Below are positions 59,963-64,000 of a stretch of DNA of 64,000 nt, one piece after another (position 1 is the stretch's first letter; each line of letters begins with the position of its first letter). Below the pieces are notes generated by a model. It had not been told where the DNA came from. It did no database searches and saw only the letters and a list, made by a program, of their open reading frames with translations. Made by a program: the position numbers and the translations under genes. Location: positions 1,054,001-1,118,000 of the forward strand of contig NEEC01000017.1 of assembly GCA_002189035.1 (NCBI GenBank), written 5' to 3'. Source of the DNA: Utricularia gibba (Eukaryota > Plantae > Magnoliophyta).

Positions 59963-61765
59963 ATTTCCTCGCGCTATTTCTAACGCATCTTCTATTTGGT
60001 GTTGCAGATACCATACTGGATGTCTGCTTGCAAGAGCCTTTGCGCGATTGTGGTGAAAGGTCACTGGGATAAGATATTGAAAACCAGAATTGGTGATGCT
60101 TCGCTATCATTAGCTGTTGTAAGCGAAGCTTTAGAGCATCTCTCGGCATCCCATTTTGCTCTTTCTTGGGCATTCTTCAAATGGGTTGAGACGCTTCCAC
60201 ATTACAAGATTCCGTTGCAATGGAATTGGCTCATGGTTTGTGTACTAACAAAACAGGGGCATTTCAATGATGCTCGAGTTTTGCTCCATAAGATTGCTCA
60301 CAGGGAATTTTTATCTTCCCCATCTGTACTAAAAGCTCTTACTGATGGTCATGGGAATCCTGATATTTATTCGAATGTTTTGAGTTGGTTGGTGATATTC
60401 TATGCTAAAGCAAAGATGAATCCAGATGCACTTCAAGTATTTGAGCATATGAGAGTGTGTGGATATAAGCCTCATTTGCCTGCTTGCACGGTGTTGTTGA
60501 ATTCTCTGATCAAAGAGGGGTTGACGGATACTGTGTGGAAGTGTTTCAAAAAAATGGTGAAGTTGGGAGTTATCCCTAACTTGTATGTTTATAATGTGCT
60601 GATTCATGCTAGTTGCAAGTCAGAAGATGTTGAGAGAGCTGAGGCTTTGATGAGCGAATTGGACCTGAGGAACATATCTCCAGACATTTTCACTTACAAT
60701 ACATTGATTTCCTTGTACTGTAAAAAGGGTATGCATTATGAAGCTTTATGTGTTCAAGATCGAATGGAGCGGCGAGGTATGGCTCCGGATATTGTGACAT
60801 ATAACGCGCTTATCTATAGTTACTCTAGAGTAGGTAGAATGAGAGAAGCTATGAGGCTTTTCAAGGAAATCAAAGGTACTTCTCCTAATCATGTGACTTT
60901 CACCACACTAATTGATGGATATTGCAGAGCCGGAGATCTTAATGAAGCTTTGAATTTGCGGGATATGATGGAAGCAAAGCAGTTGTACCCGGGGGTAGTT
61001 ACTTATAATGCCATTCTCCGTAAATTATGTGAAGAGGGTCGGATGCAGGAAGCAAACAAGCTTCTAAATGACATGAGTGGTAAAAAGATAGAGCCTGATG
61101 TCATTACGTGTAACACGTTGATAAATGCTTATTGCAAGATTGGAGACATGAGATCTGGTTTGAAAGTTAAGAGTAAGATGCTGGATGCTGGGTTAAAGCC
61201 TGACCAATACAGTTACAAGGCCTTGATCCATGGATTTTGCAAGAAAATGGATATAAATGGTGCAAAAGAGATGTTGTTCGAAATGCTCAATGCTGGTTTT
61301 TCCACTAGCTATTGCACGTATGCATGGTTTGTTGATTTCTACTGCACCCGAAATGATGAGAATGCTATCTTCAATTTTCTTGATGAGATAACCGAAAAGG
61401 GCTTTTGTGTTGACATCAGTGCTTACCGTGCGATCATTCGAAGACTTGGTAAGAAAGAACGAACTGATGTTGCGGAAAGAATTTTTAGAGATATGCAAAG
61501 GAAAGGCATGGTGGGAGATGCTGTTGTTTACACAACTCTTGCTCATGCATTTTGGAGAAATGGTAATACTCATAAAGTTACATTACTTCTGGATGAAATG
61601 TATGAGAGAAGATTGATGGTGACTCTGAAAATCTTCAGAAATATGAGTGCTTCATATGTGGATGATGGCATCCAAATGGAGAAATTTTGGGACAACATGT
61701 TGGAAAGGGGCCTCATTTCTAAAGCAACACAAAAAAGAATCCTGGAACTGAAGTATGAAGTCTAG
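59772..61765 (+). CDS. P-class PPR protein, At5g38730-like
   Basis: The long exon has SLCAIVVKGHW..LSWAFFKW..REFLSSPSVL..VLSWLVIFYAK..KPHLPACTVLLNSL and tandem P repeats (PDIFTYNTLISLYCKK, PDIVTYNALI, PNHVTFTTLIDGYC, PGVVTYNAILRKLC). The start is either ATG 60020 or an in-frame small first exon 59772-59846 spliced GT..AG to 60008. Confidence 0.9.
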
Positions 61766-61974
61766 GCATAATAGCATCAGTTTTAAAACAGTATGACTTC
61801 AGACCCTGTGTTTTGTATCTGCTTCGACTACCTTCCCATCGATTACCGAGGCTGGCAATAGGGAAACAATGTCACCTAGTGGCTTCTGATTCATCTGAAG
61901 GCTCTGATTATCATGGCCAGAACCTTCCTTTCAGCACCAAAATTTTCACATATTGAAAGTTAAACCTTTCAATA

Positions 61975-62361
61975 CCCAGAAAATGGACAAGTTTGACAAG
62001 ACAAAGTCAAGATCCAGGTTCATTTCCAAAAACAATCTATATGATATGAATGCATGTTCGTGCATGCTTAAGGATGTGTGTAGTTTGATGTCTTCCTACC
62101 TTTGTAGGAAAAAGGAAGCCAGATGGTGGAGAAGGTAACCAATACTGGGCAATCTGCTTAAGAATCAGTGCAACAGGTAAGCCTCCTAAGTCAGCTCATA
62201 AACCAACATGAGCACCATGATCACTACAAAAAATCTTGAATGATTTCCCCACTGGGACGTCATCTTTTTTAGTTTTAAATATTGTGGTGTTCTTAAGGGC
62301 TGCGGACCAGGTGTAGGCTAAGGCGCATGGCGCTGTGGATTCAATTGGGATTAACAAATGA
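61975..62361 (+). pseudogene. KIN1/KIN2-like small LEA (stress-induced) pseudogene, 3 exon remnants
   Basis: Exon 62108-62176 reads EKGSQMVEKVTNTGQSA*ESVQQ|gtaag and exon 62299-62361 reads AADQV*AKAHGAVDSIGINK*. These match the family pattern EKASQMMDKASNAAQSAKESxQ|AGQQMKAKAQGAxDAVKNATGMNK*, with two Lys codons turned into stops (TAA 62159, TAG 62314). Exon 1 is degenerate (NTQKM..CAG|gt). Confidence 0.8.
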
Positions 62362-63815
62362 GGAGCTCTTCACCCACGCTGTAGTTGTTTCTTCGGAGAC
62401 TTGATTCTTATCAAATGAATTCCAATGTTCCTTGGTTGTTTCCACATCTGTACTTGGATGATCACTCTTGAACAAAATCTTGGGACTTATGGCATAAAGG
62501 CAAAAGCTAAGTTTGTAGATTCTTGTGGGGCTAAAATGGAATTGAGGTTTATTTATTGTGGTGAAAATGAATTTATGTAAAGTTGTGGAACCAATCGCGA
62601 TCTTTAAACAAAGATAGAAAGAAAAAGATTCAACCCCCTCAGATTGTCGTGATAATAGAAGACTGGACTTTGGAAGACCTTTTGGATCTTATTGTGCATT
62701 GCTTAGACTTCAACGTCAAAAATGAATTAAGGAATACAAATTTGATAGGTTTTATTTATGTTGACTGAAAATGAATAAGAAAAATATTACAAATTGGGTA
62801 ATCCAATTTTTTTAAAGATATTTCTAATTACTCTTTTGATCAACTATCATTGGTATTCAAGTGATTTATTATAAAAGTAGATACTCTTTTACGAAGCATG
62901 AACAATCAAATAAAATACAATCGAATGCATAAAATTAGAAACATCCCTAATCTTACGTAAGACGAGGATGATCATCCAAAACCAAGTATTTACTGAATAA
63001 ACTTTCTTCATCAATATATTAATTAAATAATCCAACAACTTAACAGTTGAATGATTATTTTCAAATCGATTCCGCATTGAAAAATCTTGTATTTCATGTT
63101 TTATTCAATGTTCATTTCCCCACATAGAATCGAACACAAAGGTCAACGACATCGATGCGAATCAAAATGGGTCGGATCAAGTCATACCCGAAAACCCAAG
63201 AAAAACCACAGAAAACAAAATGAATAAATTAAAAATGGAAGTCACACCTCAAATGTCGACAACGCACCGCAGATGAGATGGGATGAAGGGGTCCCGCAGC
63301 TCGAACCCATTGAGTTCATCTCGTACGAGGTTGTTGCCTTGTCATGTCACAGCCACAGGTTGGGTGATGGGCATTTATCTTGTAAGAACAAAGTGTTGGG
63401 GAATAATAGGGTATGCTAATTTGGCTCTGCCTCTCTCTTTTCAATATTCCCCATATTTTTCACGTGCGCTTTTGCAGAAGTTGGTTGCCATGTGAATTGG
63501 ATTCAACCAAGTTTTAATTACAAAGTGAAGTAGGATGCCCTAAACTTCTCCCCACATGTGTGCATTACAAGGAGAGCTGTGATTGAGTACAGTAGGGTGT
63601 ACACTGGTTGCGATGCCCCACCCACTGCATTAAATGTCCCCCCACGCAGACTCCAAAGTCCAAAGCAAGCTCCCTCTGATGGCATCATCATCATCAGTAT
63701 CACTGTGGAGTGCTCTAAAAGTAGAGCTTTCCCTTCTTTTTTAGGGTTTTCAGGAGGGGTTGCAGTTTTAGCCAAGGAGGAGGCTAAATCTGTGCACGAC
63801 AGCAAGTCATCCAAC

Positions 63816-64000
63816 ATGGGAAGGGGAAAAATTGAGCTGAAGAGGATAGAAAACAAAATCAAGAGACAAGTCACTTTTGCCAAGAGGAGAAACGGGATTC
63901 TGAAAAAGGCTTACGAGCTCTCTGTTCTCTGTGACGCTGAAGTTGCTCTCATCATCTTCTCCAACCGTGGCAAGCTTTACGAGTTCTCCAGCTCCTCTAA
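63816..64000 (+). CDS. MIKC MADS-box gene, SEP/AGL6-like, first exon (runs off the window)
   Basis: [61 protein letters not shown]. The VTFAKRR and [10 protein letters not shown] motifs are typical of SEP/AGL6. Confidence 0.93.
   Translation, partial: MGRGKIELKRIENKIKRQVTFAKRRNGILKKAYELSVLCDAEVALIIFSNRGKLYEFSSSS

Overview
Gene-dense nuclear DNA of a flowering plant (eudicot; the compact introns and intergenic spacers suggest a small genome, but the species cannot be fixed from this window). It is not prokaryotic: the ORF track is fragmented because genes have GT-AG introns. I can assemble 19 protein-coding genes: PUX1, PP2A B', CXE11/16-type carboxylesterase, DHHC S-acyltransferase, DUF3754 protein, SURF2, TOP3alpha, UDP-glucose dehydrogenase, an atypical HLH, an uncharacterised 'dentin-sialophosphoprotein-like' protein, plastid RPL6, mitochondrial glycine-rich RRM protein, EXO70E, CIN-type TCP, LONGIFOLIA/TRM, a mitochondrial carrier, UDP-arabinopyranose mutase, and two head-to-head PPR genes. 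The first exon of a SEP/AGL6-like MADS gene lies at the right edge. Two pseudogenes missed by the ORF track are present (DUF569 and KIN/LEA-like). No tRNA, rRNA, CRISPR array, known miRNA or intact transposon was seen. Main observations: (1) a perfect 63-bp inverted copy of PPR coding sequence sits 1.75 kb away between the two divergent PPR genes; (2) seven single-base deletions, all in or at G/C runs, break five otherwise conserved genes, which most likely reflects consensus errors rather than pseudogenes; (3) dense CATGTG E-box clusters and a strong G4 motif flank the atypical HLH gene; (4) TOP3alpha appears to lack its first CCHC knuckle. I did not find a convincing wholly new biological system. 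Family assignments come from recalled sequence motifs, not from database searches.
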